A stretch of DNA of 64,000 nucleotides from Microbotryum violaceum (GCA_001244265.2 CDLV01000009.1:1178001-1242000); one strand, 5' to 3'; positions 24,498 through 37,862 are shown, counted from the stretch's first letter. The notes: generated from the sequence alone by a model not told the origin. Program-made: numbers and translations.

Positions 24498-25211
24498 TGC
24501 AGTTGTGTGTTTTTGGAGCACTGCTGCGAGGTCGGTGCGAGTGGCGAGGGCGAGGAGGAGCCGAAGCAAGCCGGTGGTCAGTACTCAGTACTCAGTACTC
24601 AGTCGCGAGTGTGAGTCCAAAGCTGAGAGTGGGCTGCAGCCAACCACCACTCAGGCGCGAAGGGGGCCGGCCGAAGCGCACTCGCTTAGTCTGCATTACA
24701 AATTCACCGCCGTTCAAGGTTGGCGGCCAAGACATTCCATGGGTCCGTGCGGCGGCTTCGCGTGCAGCCATGGCCAATTCCCTCATCAGGATCTTCGCGC
24801 GCCTGACCAATTCGGGACACCGCCTTGCGCGGCTATTGTTGCCGATGTCCCACTTTGGGCTGTATGTAAACGTTGCCTCTCGCGCCGCGCCCCACAAAGA
24901 GTTGACCTTCGCGGCGAGCCGACGCTCCTCGCTCCCCCCTCCTTCCTTCTCCCCTCATCACCCGACCACCGCTTCCTCTCCTACTACTCGACACCATTCT
25001 TGCCCCAGCTTGCTCCACCCCGCTGTCCGTCGTCGTCGTTCTTAGAACTTGTCTGCGCTCGAGTGTCCCCCCAGCTTTGGCGGCGAGTTTGCCTCGGACT
25101 TTGACTAGGACATTGCTTCCTCCATCCCTCGCCCTCGATCGACCCCGCGTTCCCCTTCACCGTCGCGACCTTTCCAACACATCCATCCCGTACTTGAAAA
25201 AAACTCAAACC

Positions 25212-26757
25212 ATGTCCAGTGCGACACTTCGTACCTCGGGCGGTTTCGCTGTCTCGGACAAGGTCATCCCCGAGATGGCCAAAGCCGCCGACGTGTGGAC
25301 CGTGTTCAGTCCGTTGGCCGGCTACGTGCCCAACGATGCCCTCAACCTCGGCCAGGGTCAGTCAGCTCCACCTTTGAGAGTCTCTGCACTGGCGGTCAAC
25401 TGAGCTGACATCCTCGCATCACCCACCGCAGGCTTCATGAACTGGAACCCACCCGACTTTGTTCGCGAGTCGTACTCGCAAGCGCTCCAAGAAGTCCCTT
25501 CGAACCACTATTCGTTGCCCCGCGGACGCATCAACCTTAGGAATGCTCTGAGCAAGACCTTGTCCGAGTCGTACGGACGAGAACTCAACCCCAACACCGA
25601 AATCACCGTCACCGCCGGAGCGAACGAAGGTCAATTTAACCCCACCCCACCCCCGAGGCTACGGACTAAATGACGTGATCGGAGGAGCTGACTGTATGCA
25701 TCCTCTCTGCGTGCGCAGGCATGTTTGCCTTTGCGACTGCGTTCCTGAGGGAAGGGGACGAAGTCATCTTGTTCGAACCTTGTGGGTAGTTGCCTACGGT
25801 TTCGACAGCCGAGTGCTCAATCCATGGCTTATACACGCCTGCCGCTCCGATCTCTCAGTCTTTGACCAATACATCGCGCAAATCAAGTTCAACGGCGGCA
25901 CGCCCGTCTTTGTACCTATCCGTGCACCCAAAGCTGCTTCGACGTCCAACGTCTCGGCGAACGATTGGAAGATCAATCTCGACGAGCTCAAAAAGGCCAT
26001 CACCCCACGCACCAAGATGATATGGATCAACACCCCTCACAACCCCATCGGCAAAGTCTTTGACGAGGCCGAGTTGACCGCGATCGGCAAAGTCGCAGAG
26101 AAGCATGATCTCATGATCTTGAGCGACGAGGTGTACGACGTCTTGACGTTCGACAAGATGAAACACGTTAGGATAGCTTCGTTAGGCGATTTCTGGAAGA
26201 GGACCGTGACCGTTGGATCGGCGGGCAAATCGTTCGCTGCGACGGGATGGCGCGTGGGATGGTGCATCGGTCCTGCCGAACTCATTACCCCGCTTGTAGC
26301 TGCCCATACACGTATCGTCTTTGCCGTCAACTCGCCTGCGCAAGAAGCAGCAGCCAAAGGCCTCCACCTCGCTCAGGAGAACAAGTTCTTCCCCACCCAA
26401 ATCACAGAATACGATGCTCGACGAAAAGTCCTACTGGAAGCATTGGACAAGCTCGGCTTACCCTACACAATCCCTCATGGCGCTTACTTCGTTTTGCTCA
26501 ATACGGAATGTTTGCAAATACCCGATGACTTCAAGGTCTTGGATATGATCAAAGATCGAGCGAGAGATTGGAAGGCGGCTTGGTTCGTCGCGCAAACGGC
26601 CAAGGTCGTCTTGATCCCCGTCACGGACTTTTTCAGTGAGGAACATGCTGGATTGGGAGAGAACTGGATCAGGGTCGCGTTCTGTAAGGATGAGGCGACG
26701 CTGAAGGAAGCCGGGGAGAGGTTGCTTAAATTGAAGCCCTTTATCAGAGACGCTTAG
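25212..26757 (+). CDS. BNA3: Kynurenine/glutamine aminotransferase (PLP-dependent class I)
   Basis: LNLGQG|FMNW, VTAGANEG, NTPHNPIGKVF, SDEVYD and PLP-lysine motif GSAGKSFAATGWRVGW. Confidence 0.93.
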
Positions 26758-26820
26758 TCAAGGATGGACGGGAAGAATGCTGTATATTTCAATTGTAACA
26801 TGCTAAAAGGTATCGGGTAA

Positions 26821-29800
26821 CTAACGGGCGTGTCTCTTGTGTGCCCCTAGCAAGGACTGAACGAGACGAGCCTGTTCCGAGACGAGGGTATCATCATAGC
26901 GAGGGGCTTTGCCGGCTATGAAAGCAGCCAATAAAACTCTTCGTCGATAGTGGAGCATTGCGTCTGAGGTATCTTGGGTTTCCGCGTCGCTGGGCTCGGG
27001 GCCAATCATATCTCGAATGGGCCGAGCGAGTCGTTGTTGGAACGTCCGGACCGCTTCGGCGTCTTTCGAGATATCCCCACTCAAGTGCTTCATCGCCATC
27101 GCTATGTCGACCAACCGATCCAGCTCGATCTGCTGCAGCGACTCAACCTGAGCAACCAGTGCTCCCGCCAATAACTTGCCCATCTCCGTGATCCCAATTT
27201 CACTCTTCCCCTTCGCATAAACCAAGCCCGCCCTTTCCAATCGATCCACGATCTGCTGGTCCGCGATCCTGGAAAGGAGACTTTCGGCCTCTTGTCCTCG
27301 ATCATTGTAGTAAGAGGGGTTGTCCTCTATCCTTCGAGCCATGAACGTCCACGACAAAGCATCGACGACGTCTTGCCGATTCGAAATGAGTTGTCGTTGC
27401 GCCAGATCCGACCACATCATTTGGATCAACGAATTCCCTTTGGTATCGTCCTGATCGAGCAGAGCGCTTTCGAGGGGCAACCCCTGGTCCAGGTACCGAC
27501 CGTAGAGCTTCGCTTGCTCGGCTTGGCACAGAATGATGAACTGGGCCGAGGTCGTTGATCGATTCGCTACGGCGAGGGATTGCATTTGAACGATCTCCTC
27601 CAGCGGGTAGTCACGAATATCCCGCTCGGTCGGCTCGGAAGGACGAGGTACGGCGTATTGCGCGCCTAAAACGAGGACTAGATTCGCTTGAAGGGGAAGG
27701 GTCCAACAGGCGTCGTGGGGCGAGATCAAGACTTTGACGGCTCCTTGACTGAACAGCATCAGCGCAAGGCGTTGCTCATCAATCGTGAGACCGGGGTGAT
27801 ACACCGCTATTCCGTGGTTCAATGCTTCGTGGAGCGTCGGATCCGCGAAGGAAGAAGCGTAGGCTTCGATCGTCTCCATCGCGTCGTGGCGAACGAAGGT
27901 TTGCTCGATATCCGAGGCCGTTTGGGTGATAAGATCCGCGGCAACGGAGCGACACATCGCACGGGATGGGACGAAGCAGATTGTGGAGCCCGTGCTTGTG
28001 CGCATCGCTGCGTAGGTAGGACGGACCATCGACCGAATGAGACCGATGGAGTGAGGAGTGGTGAACGATTGGAAAGACGTCGTCAGTGACGAGGTGCGCG
28101 TGCTCGGAGAGAAGTTGTAGATCGCATGCTCGGGCACGCCCAGCCAATGCGCTAAGGAGGTCGCGTCGGCAAGAGAGGAAGTTGATCCGACAACACGGGT
28201 GGTAGAATTTGCCCATCGCAGTCGAGTAAGCACGAGCTCGTATGGGCCGTCGAGGGCGTTTAGATCGTGTGCGACGACGAGATCAAGACTCTGGAACAGG
28301 CTCTTGTCGTTGGTGAGGTGACTGAGCAGTGGCGTGGGCGAGGTAATGGCGATCAGACCGCCAGCTTGCGGTAAGGTGCCGAAATCCTTGGAATGCATGA
28401 GCAGAACAGTCGAGACATCGGATAGATGCGAAAAGAGGTGGCGAATGCGAATCGACACCTGACGCGCTAGGGCTTTCCGAGGGGTGAGGAAAATGATCCG
28501 AGCTTGGGGGTTCACTCGAAAAGCGCGCCTGTGGAATGTGAGTTAGCCCTGCAGAGTGAAATATTTGACAGTAAACAGACCCACCAGATGGCCATCTCAA
28601 GAACTACGCCACGTGAATGCGCCGAGGGAGCGCACAAGAGGGCATTGCTCGCCGAGTGGTGGAACGAATGAAACGACTGTGTTTGCACGGGGTCGAACAC
28701 GGGCGTGTCATTGGCGTAGGCTTGCGATGCTTTGTCGTCCTTGCCAAACGCATCACGGCACGAAAGCAGCGGTAGGTCGAGTAGAGGCAAATGAGGAGGA
28801 GGCGAAGGTGGCATTGAGAGATGCTCGAGCGCGATCGTCTGCACCTCCTCGGACCCGATCCATCGATCCGAAACGACACGAGCATGCAGAGCTTTCGGCA
28901 CCGAGCTAACGGGGACGACAAACTCTTGTACCAAAACATTGGTCGTCGGACGGACCACGACGCGTGCCAAACCGAGGATCGAAAGCCCTTCTTCATCCTC
29001 GATCCAGACCCAAAAGGCTTCAACGGTTCCGTGATGCTTGTCTGACCACTCGAAAGATCGCCTGAGCTCCAAGCGCACCCGAAGCAAGTCGTGGGCGACT
29101 GGACGTAGCGAATACGAAATGCCGAGCGAAGGGAATTGTTTTGCCGCCTTTGTGGCAAGCCCTCCCAATCGCTCATTCTGGTGGATCAGCGTTCCAAAGT
29201 CGGCATCGGACATTGAAGCCACTTCGGAAAGCAAGACGTCGTCGGCCCACCGCTCAATGTTGTACAATAGATCCGAAGGCAGGTCGAATTGCGCGAGCGG
29301 GTGACTGAAGGGCCATAATCGCTTTTCGATCGCTTTGCTCATGGACATGAGGACGAGCGTAACGGGTGCCCAACGCTTCGCCATGGCAATTTCGAGGAGT
29401 GCCCGGACGATACGCCCGGCGTTCTGGGAGACGTAGCCCGAATCGGAGACGAGAGCAAAGTCCTCGATGAATGCACGCGAGACGTAGGCTTGCAAGAGGA
29501 TGTTGACCTTGCCCGAACTGGACTGCGTTCCACCCTTGACTTGACACGGCGCGACCGTCTCCATGAGCCTCGTCAGCTCCTCAATCTCGTTCTCGCGAAC
29601 TTGGATCTGGTTGAACTCGACCGAAGAAGCGATGAGCGCCAGCACGTCGGCTTCACTCATCTTGGGTCGGAATAGCGTGTTGAAGATCTCAATACTGGCG
29701 TTTCGAATGTAGTACTTTGAGGCAATGCGTCCTAGATCTGTTGGCTCTAATTGGCCGAGATCCTTGTCCCATCGCACCATCTGTGTTTCGACGAGTCGTT

Positions 29801-32709
29801 TGGCCGAGTTCGAGATCAGGGTCAAGCGCTTGTTCCCCAAGAGAGGGTCGTCCGCAACCTCGGTGGCCAGCATGCCGTAGACCAGTGGATTCTTGCGCAT
29901 GCGAACAAAGAGGTAACTGTACCCGAGCCATCGCACACCTTCATCCATATTGGTGACGGTTCCAAGACTAATTTCGGCGTTGAGCGAATCGACGAGGCCT
30001 TCCACAAATTTGGACTCGATCGGGTGTTGCTGTGTGATGGCCGAGACATAGTGATCGAGCTTGTCATAACTGGTGCAGATGTAGCCTACACCTTGGCTCT
30101 CGTATTGAGGTCGTCCAGCACGACCGAAGATCTGCAACACGTCGAGGATCCCCAGATCGACGAACGAACCTTTCCCGGCATCGTAGATTTGGGTTCCCTT
30201 GATGACGACAGCGTACGCGGGCAAGTTGACACCCCACGCGAGCGTCGCCGTACAGCACAACACCTGCATCGTAGTTTTGAGGGAATTAGCCACACAGGCT
30301 ACAATAACCTGAATGAGACAATAACTGACCTTGGTGACGTTCGCTTCAAACATCCGCTCTGCGATGTTTCGATCCGACCTCAACATGCCAGCATGATGAA
30401 TGCCAAATCCCTGCGCAGCCAACTCCTTCATCTCCCTATTCCTCGACGCCGCCAAATCCCTCTTGAAACCCGGCCACTTCTCATTCTCATTCGGATCCAA
30501 AAGATCCCTGATGCCTTCGCCTTGTGCTTTCTCCTGGAACGTTTGCGCGGTCTTGACCGTGTCCTTTCGGGCGTGGACAAAGACCATGACTTGATGGCCT
30601 TGTTTGAGGAGTTCGGCGACTTTCTCGAATGCGGCGTTGTCGAGCCCTGCACGGGAGGCCGGGGTTCCTGCTTTCCCCCTGACACCCAAGAAATGTTGTT
30701 CGAGCGGGACCGGCCGGAACGAAGCATCAAAGTAGAACAACCCCGTATGCCGGTTGACGCGTAGAAAGTCGGCGACATCGACGTAATTGGGCAATGTGGC
30801 CGATAACCCAACGATACGAATCAAACTCTGACTCGATTCGACTTGCCTTAACGTCCTCGCCACGATACTTTCGACGACCGCTCCTCGATCTTCATGTAGC
30901 AGATGGACCTCATCGATAATAAGCAACTTGACTTTATCCGCCACATCGCCGTCTCCTGCTCCCGCGCCTTTTCGCGTCACGACATCCCATTTCTCGGGTG
31001 TTGTGACAATCACCCCTGTTTCGTCGACTTCCTTCTTGGTCAACTTCATGTCACCCGTCAACTCGCGGACTTTGACTCCGGCCCAGCCGAGTCGTTTCGC
31101 GAACTTGAGCGTGATCTCAGCAGCCAAGGCTTTGAGAGGGGCGACGTAGATGATCTTGTACGACGAGGCCGGAGGCAGAGTTGGCTTTGCATTGCCGACC
31201 AAAGGGGTGTGTGCGAGTCCACTGAGACAGCGTAAGATTGCAAGCAAAGCTACGTCGGTCTTACCCTGCGTTTAGACGAGGAGGAATGAACGTCACGTCG
31301 GTAGATTTACCCAGGCTGCTCTAATGAACTCACCGCTCCGGTCGGCGCACACACGAGCATGTTTTCGTTCGTACCGTAGGCCACCGGAAATACAATGCTT
31401 TGCAGGCGGTTGAGTGAGGCATATGCCTAGGGCACGAATGAGATACATGGTCAGCTACCATCCGTGATCACTCAAAGCAACTTCTCTTGCAAGACTGACG
31501 TGGAATGTCCGCTTTCCCCAGGCGTCCATGGCTGAGATGGGTACCGGGTTCTCGTTGAAGCGAAAGGGCACCGGATCTGGCGCGGGTATCATGATCTCCT
31601 CGTATTCCTACAATAATGAACAGTTCCACATCAGTGATCTTGAGCACTCTGTGAGGAAGCCTGGGCATTCAGCACAGACGTACTCCTCGATCGTTCCTCG
31701 TTGTCCCAACCGGCAAAATTAATTTTTGACCTCCGAGGCCATGTGCGGCCGCCTGAGCCCCGGGAGCAAGGTATACATTCGGGTATCGTATCGGTTCTTC
31801 CCATTCCTGTTAAGTTCATGACATCATCAGCTTCAGCCCCATTTCTTCCACCAAGCAAGACCTCCGAGAACTCACCCGATCGCTCGAAGCCAGAGGACCT
31901 GGACCCCTGGCCAGAGTCTCCTGTCTGAGTCTCTCCCACTTTTCCAAATCGATTCCACCGTTCGGTTCCCCACCATCAGGACCATGCTGTCCTCGTGCCA
32001 GCTTGTGTCGTAATTTACGTTCCCGCTTGGCCTGTTCGAGGTCGGATTTGGATTGAAACGTGATCTGAGCTTGTGGGGTTCGTTCTTTGGGGACGCTAAA
32101 TTGCGACTGGGTGGGGAAGGGAGGTTGATGATGATGGGCAGGTATTGTTGTTACGGAGCAAGCGGGTATGCCGGAGTCGTTCACTGCAAAAATGTTGGCT
32201 TGTTGTTGGATCGTCTTCCGATTTTCGATCGCCTGTCCGACCGAGTCGATGCCCTCAAAGCCGTAGATCTCGAGCAATGAAGTCGCGACATCTTGGTCCC
32301 CACTCGGGCTAAGTAGTATGTCCAATGCGCTCACGTAGTCTTGCTGAGTCGGTAAAGAGGCGCGCAGCCAGTCCAATGAACGAGCTCCAGCTTCAGCGCC
32401 GGACGACGAGGAAATGGAGGTCGAGGCGGACTGAGCGTGTTCACCATTAGATGTTGAGAGATGGATCAATTCGAGAGCATGAATCTCTGACCAAGGATCA
32501 TGATCCAACTCCTGCAACGAAGGAATTTGTGGTTCTACCTTCGCTGTCGCGTTATGGGTCGCGCCGTTGGATCGACTCGAGGTGAATGACGTCGAGGCGG
32601 ACTGAGCGAGCGCGAGCGCGGTATCGAACGTCATGGAGGGGCTGCAGGACCGCTGTAGGGTGAGAACATCCTGTAACGAGGCGAGCAACGCCTCTGGCGC
32701 CGAGCTCAT
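26821..32709 (-). CDS. SLH1: Ski2-like tandem-cassette helicase Slh1/ASCC3 (Sec63 domain)
   Basis: [51 protein letters not shown] and Sec63 region [13 protein letters not shown]. The second cassette is degenerate. Confidence 0.92.
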
Positions 32710-33908
32710 CCCAGAATACGGTGCGAAGTGTGTGCCGAGCCACGTGGGTGGGGGTGAAGAGGACGACGGCGCCGGATCGCGAGCACGTGAGTTTTCCCAA
32801 ATCGACCGAGTCAGGCCCGCTGAGCCGTGAAAGTCTGAACAGCACGGTCCGACTCCAACGCCATGACTCGGTAAGAAACAGCAGGTCATGGGCGGCTTCG
32901 GACTTGAAATTGAACAGCTCGGGGTGTATTCTGGGCCTTGTTCCCGATAACCCGATAACCCGATAACCCATCTCAGGAGCTGAATTTTCGTCGCATACCC
33001 GAACAGTCTTCGGTTTTGGTCGTCGCGGCTCGTGCCACTGAGTCCATTTGGGTCGCCATGTAGTACACGAAAAGCCCAAAAAATGTCACCTCTGACCAAA
33101 TCGACGTCAAATCCAACACGCTTTTGTAGCGAGCGCGGTTCAAAACTTGACGATGGCCAAGATTAAAAGGGGGGGACTGGGACTCACTCCCGTCGATCAC
33201 GGTAGCGCGCGCTCAGGAGGGCCGTGGCCCGTGCGATCGTGATCGCTGCGAAGAGGCCAAGGCAGGCCAAGGCAGGCCAAGGCACCGACTACCTGCTCCT
33301 GTCTCCCTTGCCAACCCCACCCTCCCTCTCTCTCTGGCGCTTGCCACCCGCATACAACAAGTTCTCCCTGCACCCCCCAACTACCCACTACACCTCACGT
33401 GGAAAAGTGTAACAAGTACTCACCACTCGACCTCGTTCGCACTCTTGCTGGCGGCTCCCGCATCGGTCGCACCCAGCCGCACCAGTCGCACCGTGACCTT
33501 GCCCCCTCCTCCCGCCAGCCAATTCGTGCTTCGGAGTTGGCCTCAATTATCCCCCACTGCGTACCTCTCACCCTACACCGCTCGATGCCTTTTTCATACA
33601 CCATCCTCAAACTCAACCTTGACTTTCGGATATTGAACTGAACAACTGAACATCAAGTGGCTCGCCGACCGCACTTGGCTAGCTCCGGCTTCTCTCACAC
33701 CTTCCGAGATCCCGTGGGCCTCGGCACCACCACCGCCACGAACTCGATATAAACCACCCACCGCTTCCCACTCGCACCTCGCACCTCGCACCGGGCAGGT
33801 CTCATCCCGTTCACCCTACGATACGCTTTCAACGCAAGTAATTTGTCGTATCACAACACTACCCAACCATCAAACGCATCGGCGAACCACCGCTGCGAAC
33901 CACCTCGC

Positions 33909-36900
33909 ATTGCGCCACCACCCACTGCCCACCCGAGCGCTCACTCGCCATGGGAACCAAGACGAGTGAGTGCGACCTCTTGTGACCCTGAACGTACTCT
34001 CTGGGCAGTGCGCTCGCTCCACTCGATGCCATGGATACGCCTCGTGGCGCGGTCCACCGCACGAGCTCCGAGGCCCAGTCGCCATCTTGCGAAACGACGA
34101 TCACGCTCGTCCTTCGCACCGCTAGCCGCCCAACCCGAGACAATGGACTCGGCGCTCAACTAGCTCTGCTCGATGCATGCGGCGCGACCCGCTTGCACCA
34201 GACTCATGATCTTTCAAGTCACTGACGTTCCGACCCCGTCTGTGTGACACTGCAGCACTCCCAGGGTCCTTGCACGCTTCGTCGTCCTCGCATCCCCCCA
34301 CCACCAACAAGCTTGCCTTCTCATCATCTCCCTCCGCATCCCGCAAGTCTTCCCACATTCTCATTCTTGACGACTCTTCAAACACATCCTTGCTCTCATC
34401 GGACGATGGCGACTCGGGCGACGACGATGCCGTGATCGTCACCTCGGTTGGTGATGCTGAAATTCCCGCTCCGAGGCGCGACGGGAATGGCTCGACCAAC
34501 GACGGCGTCGAAGATGTGTGCCTCGCATGTCGCGGCGAATGTCAATGCGGAGGAGCCAGAGGCAATCCCGTTTTCGTCTCGCCTCTCGGGAACGATGGTA
34601 GCAGTAGCCGCGGATCGAGTCCGACTTCGAATAGCAAGGGTCATCCGAGATTCAGTGGCAAGACCTTGACGGGCAGTCCGGCACCCGCTTCGGCCAGGGC
34701 GTCCCCTGAACTCGGCGAAATTCCGAACCGACAACGCGAGGATGCAGTTGACGAGAGCGAAGAAGAAGGGGACGACGACGACGACGATATCGGTCGCCCA
34801 CGCTTGGAACTACAAAAGATCCACAACTCCCATATCGCCGCCTTGCCCGCGACCTTGCCCCCTCTACCCACCCTACCCACCCTATTCACCAACAAGGCCG
34901 CTTCACCCTCTTCAATGGCGACGTCTCCAAAGCCGACATCTTCGCCATCTTTGGTCTCTACCAGCGGGACATCCACCCGTATTTGCTTTGGAACGACGAC
35001 CCCTCAACGCCTGACGCTTCGGCAGGTTCTTGCGCTCTCGGCGAAAGAGGCCGAGTCCGCTTCTGCGTCCGCTCAGTCGTCCGTCGATGGCGATGCTTTG
35101 GACGACGAACGGTATCGCAAGATCGCGGATGCTCGAACTTTGATGAAAAGTCAGGACCCCGATTCGTCCGACCTCTCTGGCGATGACGATGATGACGATG
35201 GGCCAGAGGACGTGGTCATGGACGAAATCGATACGAGAATGGAGAAGTCCGAAGAAAAGGCACTGAGGAAAGAGATTGAAGAGAAGAAACGAAGGTTTGG
35301 CTCGGACTCGGATGCTAGATCAGAGGCAAGATCGGAGGCAAGAAGTGAGCGGAATAAGAACCCAAAGCCGACCAAGGTCGTCGAGGAAACCGAGGAGGAT
35401 GTCGCAGCCGCTTGGGAGGCGAACGTCGAAGCATTGAATCGAGTACGCGCGAGAACGCTGGGCGAAGCGAAAGGCGGAGTCGTCGCGGCTGACGCGAGCA
35501 TAGAAATTGACGAGGATGACGAGCTCGGCGTCACAGACCTACCTATTGTTGGAGGGTCAGGAGTCGTCACGTGGTCCGACTATGAGGATCTGGACGAATT
35601 CGAAACGATCGACACCACCGACGAAGAGGACGCTAACATCGTTATTCCCCGCGAAGAAGAACACATCGAAATCCCGGAAGAACAAGAAAAGTTGCTCGCC
35701 ATGGATCTCGAAGAGGAGCTCGAGGAGTTGCTGGCCATCTCAGAGTCCGTCGTGGGGCCGATACGGCATGACGAGCTCGAGTCGGGGGACATGTGGTTCG
35801 AAGCCGTCAGCGACGTCGAGGCTGATGGAGGAGCCACGGCTGACGTTGAAAATGAGGGCGATAGTGACGATGACGGCTCGGATGACGATGAAGACGAGTC
35901 GGTTGAAGGCGGCGAGACGCTGCTGTTCGTCGACGGTATCGAAGGATGGACGACTGCTGCTGGCGCCATGGCTGCTTTGCGACGGCGTGCCGAATCGGGC
36001 TTTGAATCCCACGACGACGAAGCCGAGACCGACGATGACGAAGATGAAGACGGCGAAGAGGACGACGATGACGACGACGACGACATCGACCTCTTGGAGC
36101 TCGACGATGACGGTGGCGAGACGACCGACTCGATGGCTTCGGATGCGCTTGTCACTCGATTTGGCGCGCCGTCTCGAAAGGTCGCTGCGGACTTTGATGA
36201 CGACTCAGGCGATTCGACCGACAGCGATCCAGAGGTATTCAAGTCGTCGAATGCGGTCGCTTCCACCTCTTCAGTTGTTCTGACTACGCAAGGCGACGCC
36301 AAAGGGAAGGAAACGAGCGATGGAAGGGGCAAGGATCCCGCCAAACTTTCTCCGCGCGCCGTCCCGCAAGACGCCACCACACCGCAGGCGCCAGCGATGG
36401 GCGTTTTTGTCGCCAAGCGAAAGAACCGATCTACGAAGAAGGCGGTCAAGGTCGTTGTTATCGATGCGTCGACGGCACTTGTTCCCAGCCCGTTCTCAAG
36501 AGCGAGGAAGTCTCAGGTACGTACTGCCTGCAAGCATATTTATCCTTATCTGTTCTGATGCTGACGAGGTCGCATTCGTAATCACAGCTCGATCGACTCA
36601 CGCGTACTGCGCGAGCAGACTCCAAGGCGTCGACGTCGACTGGCTCGATCTCGGGTGAAACAGTCGAGGCCGAGGTGGAAATCGAGGTAGAATTCGACCT
36701 CGACGAGCTGCTCAACGACGACCTGCTCGAATCTCTCTCCCCTTCCTCCGCGACGTCCATCTCTACCCTTCCTACCACAGGCGAAAAAGTCAAGTCGACC
36801 TCGAAAGGTCTCTCCGACTTCGCGCGATGGTCTCGCGTTCCCATTGGTGCCTTCCGTTCACGGACGACGCCCCACCAAGTCGCCTTCAATTACGACGAGT

Positions 36901-37142
36901 TTGATCTGGTCCCCGGCGGCACGGCTCGAACGACCTTGTCTTCCCCCGGCGTCCCGAACTATTCCACCAAACGAAGCGTCGAGAAACGAATGTTGACGTC
37001 GCCCGTCATGGGACCTTCATCGGTCTCGGCCAAGAATGGCAAGAAGAAAGGTAACAACGGTCACGGCAACAAACGACCCAAGCTTGGACATAACGCGATC
37101 TCCCCCTTTGTAGCCGCCCCGAAGAACAGTCCGTGGTTGTAG
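33909..37142 (+). CDS. Large acidic low-complexity protein, possibly Ifh1/Crf1-like coactivator; 5' end uncertain
   Basis: 2.2-kb open exon 34256..36517, then intron 36518..36587 in frame with the last exon. Contains CLACRGECQC, D/E tracts, DGGETTDS (resembles the Ifh1 CK2-site FHB motif) and RWSRVPIGAFR. The family call is tentative. Confidence 0.55.
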
Positions 37143-37862
37143 AGTATTATGACGAGCCTCCCTTTTTTCTGTCGCGCTTTCGATTCTTCGTTTGTTTATC
37201 ACCCTTTTTCTGCTCTGCTCTCTCTTGCCCGTTGGAATGTTGCTTTTACAACCTCTTCAACTCGATGATCAGTTACCCCGCAGCGCAGCAAATGTAATGG
37301 GTTGCCGCTGGGCTATGTCTATTCTTTGCCCTCGACCTCTCACTCAGCTCAAAATCTCAGCCGCCAAGCTTGGAGAGCCGCCCCCCTGGACTCGCGACTG
37401 TTTCTTGATTTCTAGGGCGAGCGAGAAACGCAGCTTTTGGCGAAATACCCGCGTTCCTCGACTCGCCTGGCTCGCCCTCGCCCGCCTCGCCCGTGACGCG
37501 TGATGCGCAAACGAGAGCGCCCGGTCAAACGATCTTGCCCTCGATGTTTTGCTTGCGGTCTACTCTTCGAATAGATGCATCGCGGAAAGAAATCGAAGTC
37601 TTCAAGAAGAGTTGAGTTGACATCAAGCTTGTTCATTCACTTCGTGGCCCCTCGGCCACTGCGCGCACTGCGGCCGCGGCGAGACAACTTAACAAGGTGA
37701 TCTGAGAAACTAGACTACAATGCACTCGGGCAAGAATGGGTACTACTACGAGAGAATGTTCCGCAAAAATCGAGTCACATTAAAGAAGAAGCCTCTTAAA
37801 ATAAGTTAAAGTGTCCGGTCCGGTTCAAGAGGGGTGTCCAACGTTCCAACCGCTGCCTCCGC

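Noticed and set aside
32710..33099. 130-codon open extension upstream of the SLH1 ATG
   Set aside because: Crosses promoter-like tandem repeats and has no protein-like character. ATG 32709 is the more plausible start.
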